A DNA stretch of 64,000 nt from Planctomycetota bacterium (GCA_036479435.1 JAZGFI010000277.1:1-64000), one strand, 5' to 3'; shown: positions 29,160-40,068, numbered from the stretch's first letter. The notes: generated by a model not told the origin, from the letters alone. A program made the numbers and translations.

Positions 29160-29699
29160 TCACGGCCGGGACCCTCCCCCGAGTTTCCACCGCAACAAGA
29201 GCGACAGCGTCAGGGCATCCTCTATTTCGCCCTCGAGGGCCATCTGCTCGACTTCCTTCATCTCAAATGTTCGCACATCAATGTCCTCAAAGGGCTCGAG
29301 GGCCGTGGGAACAGATTCCAACGTCCAGGCCGCGAAAAGATGGACACGGTGCCTGACGATGCCCACCAGGGGCCACACGAAACCGAGGCTCCGCAGCGAA
29401 CTCGCATCGAGGCCCGCCTCCTCGCGAAGCTCTCGAAGCGCCGCTGCTTTTGGAGTCTCGCCGGCATCGACCCGCCCCGCAGGAAACTCCCAGATCGGGT
29501 ACCCGACGGCCTGGCGATGTTGGCGGATCATGACAATTCGACCATCATCGGCTATCGGCATCACCGCCGCGCCGTCGCCCACATCTACCACGCTCCAGTC
29601 CGTTTCACGGTCTCCTCCCAAGCGGATGCGCTCGATGTGAAGGCGTAAAATTTGATTGCTGAAGACTTCACGGTCCCCAATAACTTCCCAATCCTGCAC
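29160..29699 (-). CDS. NUDIX hydrolase (ADP-ribose pyrophosphatase-like)
   Basis: Nudix box GRVDAGETPKAAALRELREEAG. Confidence 0.93.
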   Translation of the reverse strand: MQDWEVIGDREVFSNQILRLHIERIRLGGDRETDWSVVDVGDGAAVMPIADDGRIVMIRQHRQAVGYPIWEFPAGRVDAGETPKAAALRELREEAGLDASSLRSLGFVWPLVGIVRHRVHLFAAWTLESVPTALEPFEDIDVRTFEMKEVEQMALEGEIEDALTLSLLLRWKLGGGSRP

Positions 29700-29850
29700 T
29701 GGCTGATCCCCGATCTGAGCGCTTTTGAGGCCTGCTCCCGGCTATTTGCTGATTCGAAGGATAGACGGATCAACAAAGAGTTGGCACATCGGGATTTGAT
29801 ACCTAAATTCAGGTACAAGCGCTGGTCGAAAGAGATTTGGAGGATTTGGA

Positions 29851-30381
29851 ATGCCCGCAACCATCATCACGCTCATGCCACGAGTAGGACAATTCTTGGC
29901 GGCCGCCGCTCTGATCCTATGCGCCTCCACGGCGGCGCTCGCTCAATTCGGCAATGATAGGACCGGGACCAGGACCAGCCAATCGCCCGAGGAACGCCCC
30001 CTGAGCGAACTCGAGCAGAAGTTCCCGGTCCTGCAGCCGAACAAGAAACCGATACTCTTGCGACCGGCCCGACCCACCTTGGTCATCAAGGCCGCCCATC
30101 GCGGCGACGCCACGATGAAGAGACTCCGCGCCGACCGTAAGGCCCTACTGAGCTCGATACGGGCTGCGAAGCGTGTCGGGGACCGCAAGGCGATGGCGCA
30201 AGTCTGCGCCCGGCTCGAGAGACTCCGGCTCAAGCGACTGGCGCGGCTGCGTCAGATTTCAGAACCGGTCATCAAGATCGCGGAGATGCCGATGATTCCC
30301 GGGCAAGGTCCGAAGAGTCAACCGACGAAACAGCCGATGCCGATCTTGCCGATTCCGACTTTGCCCGATTCGAAGAACTAA
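29851..30381 (+). CDS. Secreted hypothetical protein, basic helical core with Pro-rich tail
   Basis: Signal peptide ending AALAQ; codon pattern consistent with the other genes. Confidence 0.65.
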   Translation: MPATIITLMPRVGQFLAAAALILCASTAALAQFGNDRTGTRTSQSPEERPLSELEQKFPVLQPNKKPILLRPARPTLVIKAAHRGDATMKRLRADRKALLSSIRAAKRVGDRKAMAQVCARLERLRLKRLARLRQISEPVIKIAEMPMIPGQGPKSQPTKQPMPILPIPTLPDSKN

Positions 30382-31471
30382 ACAGGACCAACAGCGCCCC
30401 TAACAGCGCCAAGGCGAGGGCTGCGCCATCTCGAGAACGCGTGCCGGTACTCCCAGCTAACCACGCGCGCCCTTGGGCATGAGCGATCCGCAGGGTGCCT
30501 GCCGCGACCGGCGGCCTGGGGACTCTGGTGATCGCCAACTGAAAAAGGTCGGCTTGCACGCCAAATAGGGAACCTGAGTTTTCGCCCCCGAGGTAGAGCG
30601 CCGTTGTACGTTCGGACTTTCTCATTTCGCCAGGGCCAGCGCTGGGTAGGACGTAGAGGTCGACTTTCGCCGCCTGCACTAATTCTCGCCATTCTTGCGG
30701 GTTGCGACGGGGCGCGGCAACTTGAACCACAACCGCGAAGCGATGGTCTTGTCGCTGCTCACTCAGAGTCCTCCGCAACGCCGCCAAAGACCCCTTGATC
30801 TCAGGGTCGCAGAGTATCAGCAGCAGCTGTGCTCGCGGCGCGTACGCAAAGAGGGCCTCGCCCTCGGGCAAGATCCACCAGGGCACTTCTTTTGAATGAC
30901 GACGCTTTTGGGCAAGAGCTTCGGGCCGCGATAAAAGGGAAAGGGCCCCTGTCTTACTCGCAACGACGACAAAATCAGGTTTGAGATCTGTCAGCGCCTC
31001 TCTGGTCAACAAGTCGCTCCAATCCGATGCCCGAGCTGATCCAGACCAAAACAAAAATCTCAGCGAAGCGTCATCGATCCGCGCCGCCATCAAATCGCGG
31101 CTGCGGGACGCCTCGACGCTTAGGGTCGCGGCCGTAAAGGCGGACTCTGACTGACTCCACCAGCTCGCCGCGCCGGCAAATAGCGCCAAGGCCCCCAAGC
31201 CGAGGGCGAAGACGCTTTTGCCCCGCCGCCGCCCTGAGACGGCCACCCAATTCGCCGCTAAGGTGCCTATACCGCAACCCAACAGCGCAATCCCCGTCAA
31301 AGCCGGGCCCAAAGCCAACAACGAGATCCCCAGCAACCAACAGAGAAGACCCGCCGTAATCGCCAATCCCGACAAGATAAAGGGAGGAGGGCGGCGCCAG
31401 GCTCCGAAGGCGAGCCCAAGGGCCAAGAGCAAGCCCAAAGCCCCCGATGTCATTTCCAAAACCATCAGCAT
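30272..31471 (-). CDS. Membrane protein with a degenerate metallophosphoesterase-like domain
   Basis: Four N-terminal TM segments plus one C-terminal TM; LRFLFWSG, KPDFVVV and PWWILP follow calcineurin-like strand order but lack the metal ligands. Confidence 0.55.
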   Translation of the reverse strand: MLMVLEMTSGALGLLLALGLAFGAWRRPPPFILSGLAITAGLLCWLLGISLLALGPALTGIALLGCGIGTLAANWVAVSGRRRGKSVFALGLGALALFAGAASWWSQSESAFTAATLSVEASRSRDLMAARIDDASLRFLFWSGSARASDWSDLLTREALTDLKPDFVVVASKTGALSLLSRPEALAQKRRHSKEVPWWILPEGEALFAYAPRAQLLLILCDPEIKGSLAALRRTLSEQRQDHRFAVVVQVAAPRRNPQEWRELVQAAKVDLYVLPSAGPGEMRKSERTTALYLGGENSGSLFGVQADLFQLAITRVPRPPVAAGTLRIAHAQGRAWLAGSTGTRSRDGAALALALLGALLVLFSSSNRAKSESARSASAVSSVDSSDLARESSASPRS

Positions 31472-31551
31472 GGCCCAATGATAGCCAAGGGGAAGACCTT
31501 CCCCAGCGTGACCTCCTTGCCGCAATCATGGGCTGCCCCTACGATCGATAC

Positions 31552-33135
31552 ATGAGATTTCCGCGTTTGCTGCCTTTACTGACATTTGGCCTCCTTTACG
31601 CTTGGTCGCCGCTCGCCTGCGAACTTTGCGCGCAGGGTTTTCAAGACGGGCGCCAGCTGAGTTTCGAAACCAAATTCTCCCGAATCCGCATCCTCGAGAC
31701 CCCGCGGGGGCAAGTCGTCAACAACCGTTTTTTCGAAGCGCTGCGGCGGGAGATCGAGGAGGCCGCGGCTGACGGCGATATCGCGCTCATCATCGACATC
31801 CACTCGGGGGGCGGCGAGGTCCCGGCGGCCGAGGCTATATCAGACCTCATTCGCCAGTACCGCGAACACGAAAGCATGAGAATCCTCGCCTACGTGGGAC
31901 CGCGCAACGAGGCGATCTCGGCCGCGGCGTGGATCGCGATGTCCTGCCGTGGGCTCTTCATCGCGCCCGATGCCGTCATCGGTGACATTCAACCCTTGGT
32001 CGGTAGCTTTCGCGGCTATGAAAACGTCCCAGAAAAGATCGTCACCAAGCTCAGTGAGGACGTGTGGCTTTCGGCACGCGAGAACGGACTCGAGGACACT
32101 TACCCCGCGATGTTTGTGCGGGCGATGGTCGACAAGGATCTCAACATCTACGCGGTGCGCAATCCGACCCTCGGCACCGAGACTTTCATGCGCGCCCGCG
32201 AGTACGAGGCCATCCCCGCTCGGCGCCAAGAAGGCCTGGTCGTCGAAGAAGTGACGCAGCCGGGACTCGCGTTCACTACTAACGGGCAAGATATGCTTCG
32301 CTGGGGTTTCAGGGTGAGGACCATTAAAAATCGCGCTGAGATCGTCGACTATCTCGGAACCGCCGACGCCGACGTCGAAGTTCGAAAACTGAAAGTCCGC
32401 TCGCCCTTCAGCTTCGAGTTTGACTGGGCCTGGATTCTGTTGGCCATCGGGTTTTTGCTGCTATTCGCGGAGTTCCAGGCGCCGGGCTTGGGGATCTTCG
32501 GCGTGCTTGGCGTCGCGGTGATGATCGGATTCTTCATCGCGCAGTTCGGTCTCACCGGCGGCGCCATGCTGCCGATCGCTCTTTTGCTTTTGGGCGTCAT
32601 GCTGATTCTCGTCGAGTTGGTCTTGCTACCCGGTTTTTTAGCTCCGGGCCTGAGCGGCTTGGCCCTCGTGCTCTACGCGACCTACATCGGGATTGCCCAT
32701 CCCGAATCAGGTACGCTCTTTCCTTGGCCAGACTTTGACGACGAAGAATCGCGACTGGGCCTGAAGGTCTGGGCGGGTACTTTGAGTGCGAGTGTTGTCT
32801 CTGCCTTCGTCATCAGCTTTTTCTTCAGTAAATTCCTCCATCGCATTCCCTGGCTGGGAAAGGTGATCATCGTGCCCCCGGCAAACGTCGCCGGGGCACT
32901 CGACGGCGCCGTCACGCCCACGGATCGCGTGGCGGTAAATCTCGGCGATCGCGGCGAAGCGATCACCGACCTCAGACCCTCTGGGTCCGCAAAGATCGCG
33001 GGGCGCAAGATCGACGTCGTCGGCCGCGGCCCCTACATCGAACAGGGAGTTCTGGTGGAAGTTTGTGAGGTAAAAGGCAATCGCATTGTCGTCCGCGCCC
33101 TGCGCGACGGCGCATCGGGAGGAGAGCTCTCGTGA
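31552..33135 (+). CDS. nfeD: Long NfeD family protein (ClpP-class serine protease, TM, OB fold)
   Basis: IDIHSGGG, AISAAAWIAMSC, E..APGLG and TDLRPSG motifs. Confidence 0.88.
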   Translation: MRFPRLLPLLTFGLLYAWSPLACELCAQGFQDGRQLSFETKFSRIRILETPRGQVVNNRFFEALRREIEEAAADGDIALIIDIHSGGGEVPAAEAISDLIRQYREHESMRILAYVGPRNEAISAAAWIAMSCRGLFIAPDAVIGDIQPLVGSFRGYENVPEKIVTKLSEDVWLSARENGLEDTYPAMFVRAMVDKDLNIYAVRNPTLGTETFMRAREYEAIPARRQEGLVVEEVTQPGLAFTTNGQDMLRWGFRVRTIKNRAEIVDYLGTADADVEVRKLKVRSPFSFEFDWAWILLAIGFLLLFAEFQAPGLGIFGVLGVAVMIGFFIAQFGLTGGAMLPIALLLLGVMLILVELVLLPGFLAPGLSGLALVLYATYIGIAHPESGTLFPWPDFDDEESRLGLKVWAGTLSASVVSAFVISFFFSKFLHRIPWLGKVIIVPPANVAGALDGAVTPTDRVAVNLGDRGEAITDLRPSGSAKIAGRKIDVVGRGPYIEQGVLVEVCEVKGNRIVVRALRDGASGGELS

Positions 33136-33623
33136 CCATGATCCTTTTGCTATTCGTCGTCGCATCCGCATTGGTCGTCGCGGAAGTCCTATTCCCCAGC
33201 TTCGGACTTTTGAGTCTGCTCTCGATTTCCTGCTATGTCACGGCGGTCATCAAGGCCTTCGACATCGGCCAGACCCAGGGCTACACGGCTCTCAGTGCCG
33301 TCATCATCCTCGCGCCCATTACTATCTGGGGCGGTTTCCAGATCTTAAGACACACCTCGCTCGGTCGCCGCCTCATCCTGAGTGGGCCCAAAGAAGCCGA
33401 TGTGCGGGGTCGCGGCACCAACAAAAACTTGGAGACCTATTTGGGACGCGAAGGCGTCGCCGCGACCGATTTACGCCCGAGTGGCGCCGTCGACATTGGG
33501 GATGATCGCGTTGATGCAGTAAGCGAAGGTGATTTCGTCGAAGCCGGAACGAAGGTTCGCGTGGTCTACGTCGAGGGCAATCGCCTCGTCGTAGAAACGC
33601 TGGCGGCCGCATCCAGTGCCTAA
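33132..33623 (+). CDS. nfeD: Short NfeD family protein
   Basis: [11 protein letters not shown] region; [23 protein letters not shown] fold. Confidence 0.88.
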   Translation: MTMILLLFVVASALVVAEVLFPSFGLLSLLSISCYVTAVIKAFDIGQTQGYTALSAVIILAPITIWGGFQILRHTSLGRRLILSGPKEADVRGRGTNKNLETYLGREGVAATDLRPSGAVDIGDDRVDAVSEGDFVEAGTKVRVVYVEGNRLVVETLAAASSA

Positions 33624-33715
33624 CAAAGAACAAAGCCGCCGTTATAGGGCGGACTTACCCACACCTGTCGCAATGGCTGCGACCAGGATGTGAAACTCAA
33701 AGGAGGGATTCTTCC

Positions 33716-34738
33716 ATGCCCGACATGCTCACGATCTTTTTCATCGTTCTCGGTATCGTCGCTTTCATGCTCTTCATCTTCGTGGTGAAGTACCTGAACC
33801 TTTATGTTCGCTCGCTCTTTTCTAAGGCCGGTATCGGCATCATCGAGCTCATCGGCATGTCGTTGAGAAAAGTCAACGCGAACGTCATCGTCGATTCTCG
33901 CATCCGGATTGTGCAATCCGGGCTCGACACCAGTCGCGCGCTCATCGAAGCCCACTATCTAGCCGGCGGCAACGTGCCGAACGTCGTTTCGGCGCTGATC
34001 GCGGCGAACCGCGCGGGCATCGATCTTGACTTTGAGCAGGCGGCGGCCATCGACCTCGCCGGTCGCGACATTCTCGACGCCGTGCGGACCTCGGTGAACC
34101 CGAAGGTCATTGACTGCCCCGAGCCGGGCAAAGGGCGCGGCAAGATTTCAGCGGTCGCAGGTGATGGCATTGAGCTGTTAGCTACGGCTCGTGTAACCGT
34201 GCGCGCCAACCTCTCGCGCCTCGTCGGGGGGGCGACCGAAGACACCATCATCGCGCGCGTGCAAGAGGGCATCTTGACCACGATCGGTTCTTCGTCGCAC
34301 CACAACTCGGTGCTCGAAAACCCGGATCTCATTTCCAAGGTCGTGTTGCAAAAAGGCCTCGACGCCGGGACGGCCTTCGAGATCCTCTCGATCGACATCG
34401 CGGATATTGACGTCGGCGCCAACATTCGTTCGAAGCTCCAGATCGACCAGGCTGAGGCCGACAAGCGCGTCGCTCAGGCCAAAGCCGAAGAAAGAAAAGC
34501 CATGGCCATCGCGCGCGAGCGGGAAATGGTCGCCCATACTCAGGAAAACCGCGCCAAGGTCGTCGAAGCCGAAGTGCAGATTCCCCTCGCTATGGCCGAT
34601 GCCTTCCGCAACGGACAGTTCGGCGTTCTAGACTACTACAACATGAAGAACGTCTTGGCCGACACCGCGATGCGGGAATCGATCGCGCGCGGTGGTAGTA
34701 ACACTGACAGCGAGGATTCGGACGACTCAGACTCATGA
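33716..34738 (+). CDS. floA: Flotillin-like protein FloA (YqfA)
   Basis: [45 protein letters not shown] and QAEADK motifs. Confidence 0.95.
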   Translation: MPDMLTIFFIVLGIVAFMLFIFVVKYLNLYVRSLFSKAGIGIIELIGMSLRKVNANVIVDSRIRIVQSGLDTSRALIEAHYLAGGNVPNVVSALIAANRAGIDLDFEQAAAIDLAGRDILDAVRTSVNPKVIDCPEPGKGRGKISAVAGDGIELLATARVTVRANLSRLVGGATEDTIIARVQEGILTTIGSSSHHNSVLENPDLISKVVLQKGLDAGTAFEILSIDIADIDVGANIRSKLQIDQAEADKRVAQAKAEERKAMAIAREREMVAHTQENRAKVVEAEVQIPLAMADAFRNGQFGVLDYYNMKNVLADTAMRESIARGGSNTDSEDSDDSDS

Positions 34739-35346
34739 CCCAGCTGATTATCACCGGTTTGATCTTGATGATTCCGCTCCTGATTAGCCTCATGGAGCAG
34801 AAAAACCGTAAGGATCAGGCGCGGCAAGCCATGAAAAAAGTGCGCCAGCGACAAGACGAGCCGCAGGCACCAGCACCGAAGGCCAAGCCGTCACTTGCGG
34901 ATTGGATCGAGGACCTCAAACAAAAACAAGACCTCACGAGCAGCATGGACCCCGCCGCCTCATCGCGAAAGCGGGTGCTCGACCCTCTCGAGGAGCCGGC
35001 CTTAGAGATGGAGTGGGACGACGATGATGAGTTCGATGTAGAGCCCGTCGAGCCGCCCCCCCTTAGCCGGCAGGGCTCAGACAGGCCTTGGGAGGACCCC
35101 AAGAATTACCACTTCCAAGAAACGGCCGCCGAGGCGATCGCTCGCGAGCGAGCGGAGAAAGAGTCGTTGGCGCGCAACGCGGCGCGTACATCCCTACTCT
35201 CAGCCCCGCGCGCGAAAGCGGCGAGCCGAGCCGCGCGGGCCCAACGTGTCGACTTTCATGCCGCCTTGACGCCTCAAGACATGAAACGCGCCGTCATCTT
35301 AAGAGAGATCCTCGACAAACCGCTGGCCTTGCGGGAGCGGCGCTAA
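34735..35346 (+). CDS. Hypothetical membrane-anchored protein downstream of floA
   Basis: N-terminal TM; C-terminal [17 protein letters not shown] motif typical of genes that follow floA; ATGA overlap. Confidence 0.75.
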   Translation: MTQLIITGLILMIPLLISLMEQKNRKDQARQAMKKVRQRQDEPQAPAPKAKPSLADWIEDLKQKQDLTSSMDPAASSRKRVLDPLEEPALEMEWDDDDEFDVEPVEPPPLSRQGSDRPWEDPKNYHFQETAAEAIARERAEKESLARNAARTSLLSAPRAKAASRAARAQRVDFHAALTPQDMKRAVILREILDKPLALRERR

Positions 35347-35437
35347 CGCAAGGCTTTAGCCTAGACCTGGGGCCCCAGCCCGCAAACCCGCAACAGTCGC
35401 GTCAGACGATTTTCACTACCCTTTCCACCAAGAGCAG

Positions 35438-36202
35438 CTAACGAAGGAAGGCCTTGCCGTCTTCAAGGTGAACGATGCGATTGGCGTGTACCGAAAGAGA
35501 CTCGTCGTGAGTGACGACGACCATGGTCTGGCGCGTCTCGCGGTTGAGCTCGGCTAAAAGCTCGTGGACCTTCTCTGAGGTCTTGACGTCGAGGTTTCCG
35601 GTGGGCTCGTCGCACAGTAAGACCGCGGGTTCATTGAAGAGCGCGCGCGCCAGGGCGACACGCTGACGCTCCCCACCCGAAAGTTGGTTCGGCCGGTGCA
35701 AGCGGCGCTCACTGAGCCCCACTATCTTGAGGAAGTGCTCGGCTTTTTCGCGCGCCTGCTTGCGATTTGCCAGCCATTTGGAAACGCCGTACTTCACCTG
35801 CCCCGACATCAGCACGTTCTCGATGGCGGTAAATTCGGGCAGAAGGTGAAAAAACTGAAACACAAAACCGATACCGCGGGCACGCGCGGCGGCGCGAGCC
35901 GAGGTCGACGCCTGGGCGTAGTCGCGGCCTTCGAGGGTCAAGGAGCCGGCGTCTGGCCGGTCCAAAAGCCCCAGCATGTGCAGCAGGGTGCTTTTCCCGA
36001 TCCCGCTTTTGCCCTCGATGAGCAGCAACTCCGATCTGTAGACGTCGAGATCGAGGGACTGGAGGATAGGGAGCTTGCCACCGCTCGGCAAAGCGTAGCT
36101 CTTGTCTAGGCCGCGTATTCGATAGACGAGTTCGGCGCTGGGAGTCTCGGAGAAAGCCGCGTGCGGCGAGGGCGTCGTCGGCGTGGATGTCAGATCACTC
36201 AT
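35438..36202 (-). CDS. lolD: Lipoprotein-releasing ABC ATPase LolD
   Basis: GKSGIGKST, IGFVFQFFHLLPEFTAIENV, LSGGERQR, DEPTGNLD; next to lolC/E. Confidence 0.85.
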   Translation of the reverse strand: MSDLTSTPTTPSPHAAFSETPSAELVYRIRGLDKSYALPSGGKLPILQSLDLDVYRSELLLIEGKSGIGKSTLLHMLGLLDRPDAGSLTLEGRDYAQASTSARAAARARGIGFVFQFFHLLPEFTAIENVLMSGQVKYGVSKWLANRKQAREKAEHFLKIVGLSERRLHRPNQLSGGERQRVALARALFNEPAVLLCDEPTGNLDVKTSEKVHELLAELNRETRQTMVVVTHDESLSVHANRIVHLEDGKAFLR

Positions 36203-37547
36203 AAGACAAACACTTAACCGGATCGAGACGGGCGGCGCGCAGGGCCGGGAACAGGCTTGAGACCAAACACCAAGCGAAAGTGCCAACTGCGTAGATGGCG
36301 ATTTGCGTCGAGTCAAAGTGAGTTGGCAATCCGTCGAACTCGTAGACCTTTGGCGGGAACAGCTGGACGCCAAACTGGTCTTCGATGAAGCGAAGGATTC
36401 CGTTCAGATTTGCGGCGACCTGAACGCCTAAAAAGGTACCGACCAGGCTCCCGATCAAACCTAGGATGCCGCCGTAGAACAAAAAGATCCCAATGATCCC
36501 CCGCCCCGTCGCCCCCATCGACAACAAGATGCCGATGTCGCGGGTCTTTTCGAGGACGACCATGTAGAGGATGCCGCAGATCGAAGAACCTGCGACCAGG
36601 ATAATGCAGGCTAGAACGATCAGCATCGCGAGTTTCTCGAATTTAAGAGCGTCTGAGTAGCTCTTCATGCGGTCTTCCCAGGTGTTGGCCTTAAGGGGGC
36701 CATCATCGCCGCCCTGCGCGGCGAGAATCGCTTTTTTGACCTGGCTGGCTTCGTCTTGTTTGTCAACTCGGCACACGATGTGTTGACAGTCGTTGCGAAG
36801 ACCAAGGAGGTCTTTTAGAACCACGCCTTCGCAAAAGGCGAACTCGTTGTCGTAGTCGAATCGCCCGGACTTGAAAGCACCGGTGACCACAAAACGCTCG
36901 CTAGTCGGCTTTACATCGTCGAGCGAGTCCGCGTTCAGGACTCCCGAGATCAAGGTCACGCGATCGCCCCGAAAAACCTGTAGCCTCTGCGCGAGCTTCA
37001 GCCCCAAGATGATACCGGGGTCGGTGGAGATGGGGCCCGCAGGCGATTTGTAGAAAAAGGGGTTCTCAGGTGCCCCCTCTCCGATTGGCAGCCGGAGATC
37101 CGAATCCTCAACATCGCCAAAAAGCTGATCGAGGGGCAAGACCTTCGCTTCGAGCTTAGGGTCGATACCGATGATGCGGATAAAGGCATCGCGTTTGTTG
37201 CGCTTTGGCGAAAAAGGATTGGCCCCCGCCGTCGTCGCCACCAGAGCAAAATGAAGGATGCGCTTGCTCATCGCCAAAATCGGACCGCCATTCTCAGCGA
37301 GCAGCGGCGCAAGCTGTTCTTTGACCTGCTCGTAGTGCCCTGGCGCGGCGCGAAGGTCGGGATCTTTGAGGTAGACCGTCAACGACCCGTCAACTTTGTA
37401 GATGCTCTCGCGAATGCGCAGCTGAAAGCCGTCCATCACCGAATTCACCACGATCATCGCCATGAGGCCAAAAGCGATCGCGATGATGGAGATGTAGGCG
37501 ATCCTTCGCCGGACGAGATAGCGGAGCGCAATGGTCAGTTTGTACAT
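36195..37547 (-). CDS. Lipoprotein-releasing ABC permease LolC/E
   Basis: ALRYL, VNSVMDGF, EKTRDIGILLSMGA and PALRAARLDPV motifs. Confidence 0.9.
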   Translation of the reverse strand: MYKLTIALRYLVRRRIAYISIIAIAFGLMAMIVVNSVMDGFQLRIRESIYKVDGSLTVYLKDPDLRAAPGHYEQVKEQLAPLLAENGGPILAMSKRILHFALVATTAGANPFSPKRNKRDAFIRIIGIDPKLEAKVLPLDQLFGDVEDSDLRLPIGEGAPENPFFYKSPAGPISTDPGIILGLKLAQRLQVFRGDRVTLISGVLNADSLDDVKPTSERFVVTGAFKSGRFDYDNEFAFCEGVVLKDLLGLRNDCQHIVCRVDKQDEASQVKKAILAAQGGDDGPLKANTWEDRMKSYSDALKFEKLAMLIVLACIILVAGSSICGILYMVVLEKTRDIGILLSMGATGRGIIGIFLFYGGILGLIGSLVGTFLGVQVAANLNGILRFIEDQFGVQLFPPKVYEFDGLPTHFDSTQIAIYAVGTFAWCLVSSLFPALRAARLDPVKCLSYE

Positions 37548-37720
37548 CGGGGCTCCCTAGGGTCGCGTCAGCCGCCTCGCCGTCCTCGACCTGAAGAGGC
37601 GGGGAAAGATGCATCCCTCGGGATAAGTGCACCCAAAACCACAACCGGTGGGCAGATGGGCCTATAAATCGAGTATCCGCAGCGCTGCGCGGAATAAGGT
37701 AGCCGCCCCTCAATTCCTAA

Positions 37721-39358
37721 TCAAGAATTGACAATCTCAAGGCCACGGCGGCGGTCAAAGTAGGGGTGACGATCTAGCCACAAACGAAGATCTTCTTCTT
37801 CTTTGCTCATACGCTGGATCGGCCGCGCTTGACCACTTGGGGTCGTCCGCACCCCACTTCGGCCATCCAAGGGCCGGTCGAGGCCTTCGATGCGTAGCAT
37901 CTGGCGGTGGAGTCCTTGGAGTAGTTCCCACTCCGGCGATCCTCCAAGATTGTCAACTTCGAGCTGTAGCCCCGCGCGTAACCAAGTGCGGAGCGCGAGC
38001 ATGCCATCTTCGTTGACCCGCAAGATTTCACGAGCGATGTCGCGCAAGGCGGGTGAGCCTTTCGCGGAATCGACCAGGCCTTCGGCGAGAGCCAGCCCCT
38101 TCTCCGGGCGACGCCAAACCAAGATCCGCAGCGCCAAGGCGCCCAAATGGCTGTTTTTCCCGTCGACGAGTTTCCGAAGGTCGACGCCGCCGCGTCCCCG
38201 CATCAAAAGGCCCAGCAGAGCCGCCCGGGCCGAGCGAGACGAAGATGCGGTCAAGCCGGCGACCAAGGGTGCCTGGGCCTCCACATCGCGAAAGCGACCC
38301 AAAGCCAAGTACAAGACCCTGCGGACTTTATCGTCTCGTTCCTTTTTGGGCTTAAGCCGCTGGATGATGGCCAACAGAGCCTCGTCGCCACCCTGTCTCG
38401 CGAGCGCCAAAGCGCTGAGCGCTCGAATGCGGCCGTCGCGGTGCTGGAGAAAGCGACGATCCAAAAGAAGCCGCACAATCTGCGGGTCTTCAATCAAGGC
38501 CAGTCCGATCAAGGTCGCTTCCCGTACGACATCCTTGCGGTCCCCCAGTAGGCGCAGGCATTGCTTGAAATTGAAAGCGGCGCGCCGGTCCGCTGCGGCA
38601 AAGGCCGCCGCTTGGCGGATGCTGTCTTTGCGAGATCGCAACCCGACCCGGATGGTGCGGTCACCGCCCGGATCTCCCAAACGCCCCAGTGCCAACAACA
38701 AGGCGGCACGAGATTCTTGGTTTTTCCAACGATCCCAAAAGCGCCCGAGTCGCTCGGCTTGAGCCGGTTTTCCCACACGAGCCAGGGCATAGAGAAGATG
38801 CCGGCGTGTTTCGCGGCGCTGAGCTTCTTGCAGTGCTGAAAACATGCTGGCAGCGTGTCGACCGTGCCCCATGCGCCCCAGTGCCCAGCCAAGCCGCCGG
38901 AGCATCACCTCGTCAGACTGTACGGAGCCGCGCTTGAATGCCCCTTCAATCGCTTGAACCACACGATCTTCAGGACCTGCACCAAGCCGGCCTAGGGTTA
39001 GGATTGCCTGTCGGCTCGCCTCACGACTTTCGGAATCCAACTCGCGCAGCAGCCGCCCCACCGCAGTTGATCCCAGCCCGACCAGTTCGCTACGGGCCTC
39101 GCGTCGCTGTCGGTTGCCTCCGATCAGGAGCGTCTTCCAGGCCGCTTCCACGCGGGCCTTCTTTGACCCCTTCGATAGGTCGCCAAACTCACTCCCAAAA
39201 AAAGCCTGCCACTCATTTCGAAGCTCTGGGCCTTGTGCGGACACCCGCCAATTCGATACCCAAAAGACTAATACAATACCGAAACAAGTCTTTAGGGGTA
39301 AATACTTTAGGCTGATACGCGCTCTGTCGGCTTTTTCCAAACTAAAGCTTGAGGTCAT
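37721..39358 (-). CDS. Exported HEAT-repeat protein
   Basis: Repeated A..ALGRLG and VR.A....L motifs; hydrophobic N-terminal segment. Confidence 0.8.
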   Translation of the reverse strand: MTSSFSLEKADRARISLKYLPLKTCFGIVLVFWVSNWRVSAQGPELRNEWQAFFGSEFGDLSKGSKKARVEAAWKTLLIGGNRQRREARSELVGLGSTAVGRLLRELDSESREASRQAILTLGRLGAGPEDRVVQAIEGAFKRGSVQSDEVMLRRLGWALGRMGHGRHAASMFSALQEAQRRETRRHLLYALARVGKPAQAERLGRFWDRWKNQESRAALLLALGRLGDPGGDRTIRVGLRSRKDSIRQAAAFAAADRRAAFNFKQCLRLLGDRKDVVREATLIGLALIEDPQIVRLLLDRRFLQHRDGRIRALSALALARQGGDEALLAIIQRLKPKKERDDKVRRVLYLALGRFRDVEAQAPLVAGLTASSSRSARAALLGLLMRGRGGVDLRKLVDGKNSHLGALALRILVWRRPEKGLALAEGLVDSAKGSPALRDIAREILRVNEDGMLALRTWLRAGLQLEVDNLGGSPEWELLQGLHRQMLRIEGLDRPLDGRSGVRTTPSGQARPIQRMSKEEEDLRLWLDRHPYFDRRRGLEIVNS

Positions 39359-39612
39359 TCACGAAATCTTTTTTAATGAACCAGTCAGAGGGATCAAGAA
39401 CTGAAGAGCCATCCGCCTCGCACCTGCGAGAAACGGGAAAGTCGGCTGAGTGGACACGCGCTCGAACCAAGACGAGCGAGGTGTCAACAGCTTAGCAGAC
39501 GGCCTCTTTCAGCCATTGAGCCTTCCAGGGTCATTTCCTGCGGGAAATGCGCGTGCCAACGTTGAGCACCTTTCCCTGAATCAACGAACCTCGCCACTGG
39601 AGAACAGAAAAG

Positions 39613-40068
39613 ATGAGCCGCTTCTTCCGCCAATTTGCAATCCTGACCACGTCCATGGCACTTTTCTTTTGCGCTGCCGGTGCGGATGTTCTTGCGGGAA
39701 CTAGCTACGGTCCTCGCTTGACGCTTCGCTCGGGCGCTCCGGTGATCGGTCAATCGATCGACATGGAGTTCAGCGGACCCAACCCCTTCAATGGCTGCAC
39801 GGTTCGCCTCTACGTTGGTGACCCGACGGTGGGTACCACGACCGTCACCGTGAACGGTCAAAGCGTCGTGCTGCCGATTGCCAACGCATCGCAATTCGAC
39901 ACCGGCACCTTCAGCAACGGCCGCTATCGCTCGGCTTACACCCTGCCTATCGACAAGACTCTCATCGGAACCCAAAAGTACTTCATCGCCGTCATTGAAG
40001 TTGGCACTAGCATCAAGACGTCTTTGGTCATGCCCTCTGGCCCGATCCTCGGCGACGACATCGCCTAG
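39613..40068 (+). CDS. Small secreted beta-sandwich protein
   Basis: Signal peptide; P.IG.S, YTLPIDKTLIGTQKYF motifs; followed by a terminator. Confidence 0.75.
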   Translation: MSRFFRQFAILTTSMALFFCAAGADVLAGTSYGPRLTLRSGAPVIGQSIDMEFSGPNPFNGCTVRLYVGDPTVGTTTVTVNGQSVVLPIANASQFDTGTFSNGRYRSAYTLPIDKTLIGTQKYFIAVIEVGTSIKTSLVMPSGPILGDDIA

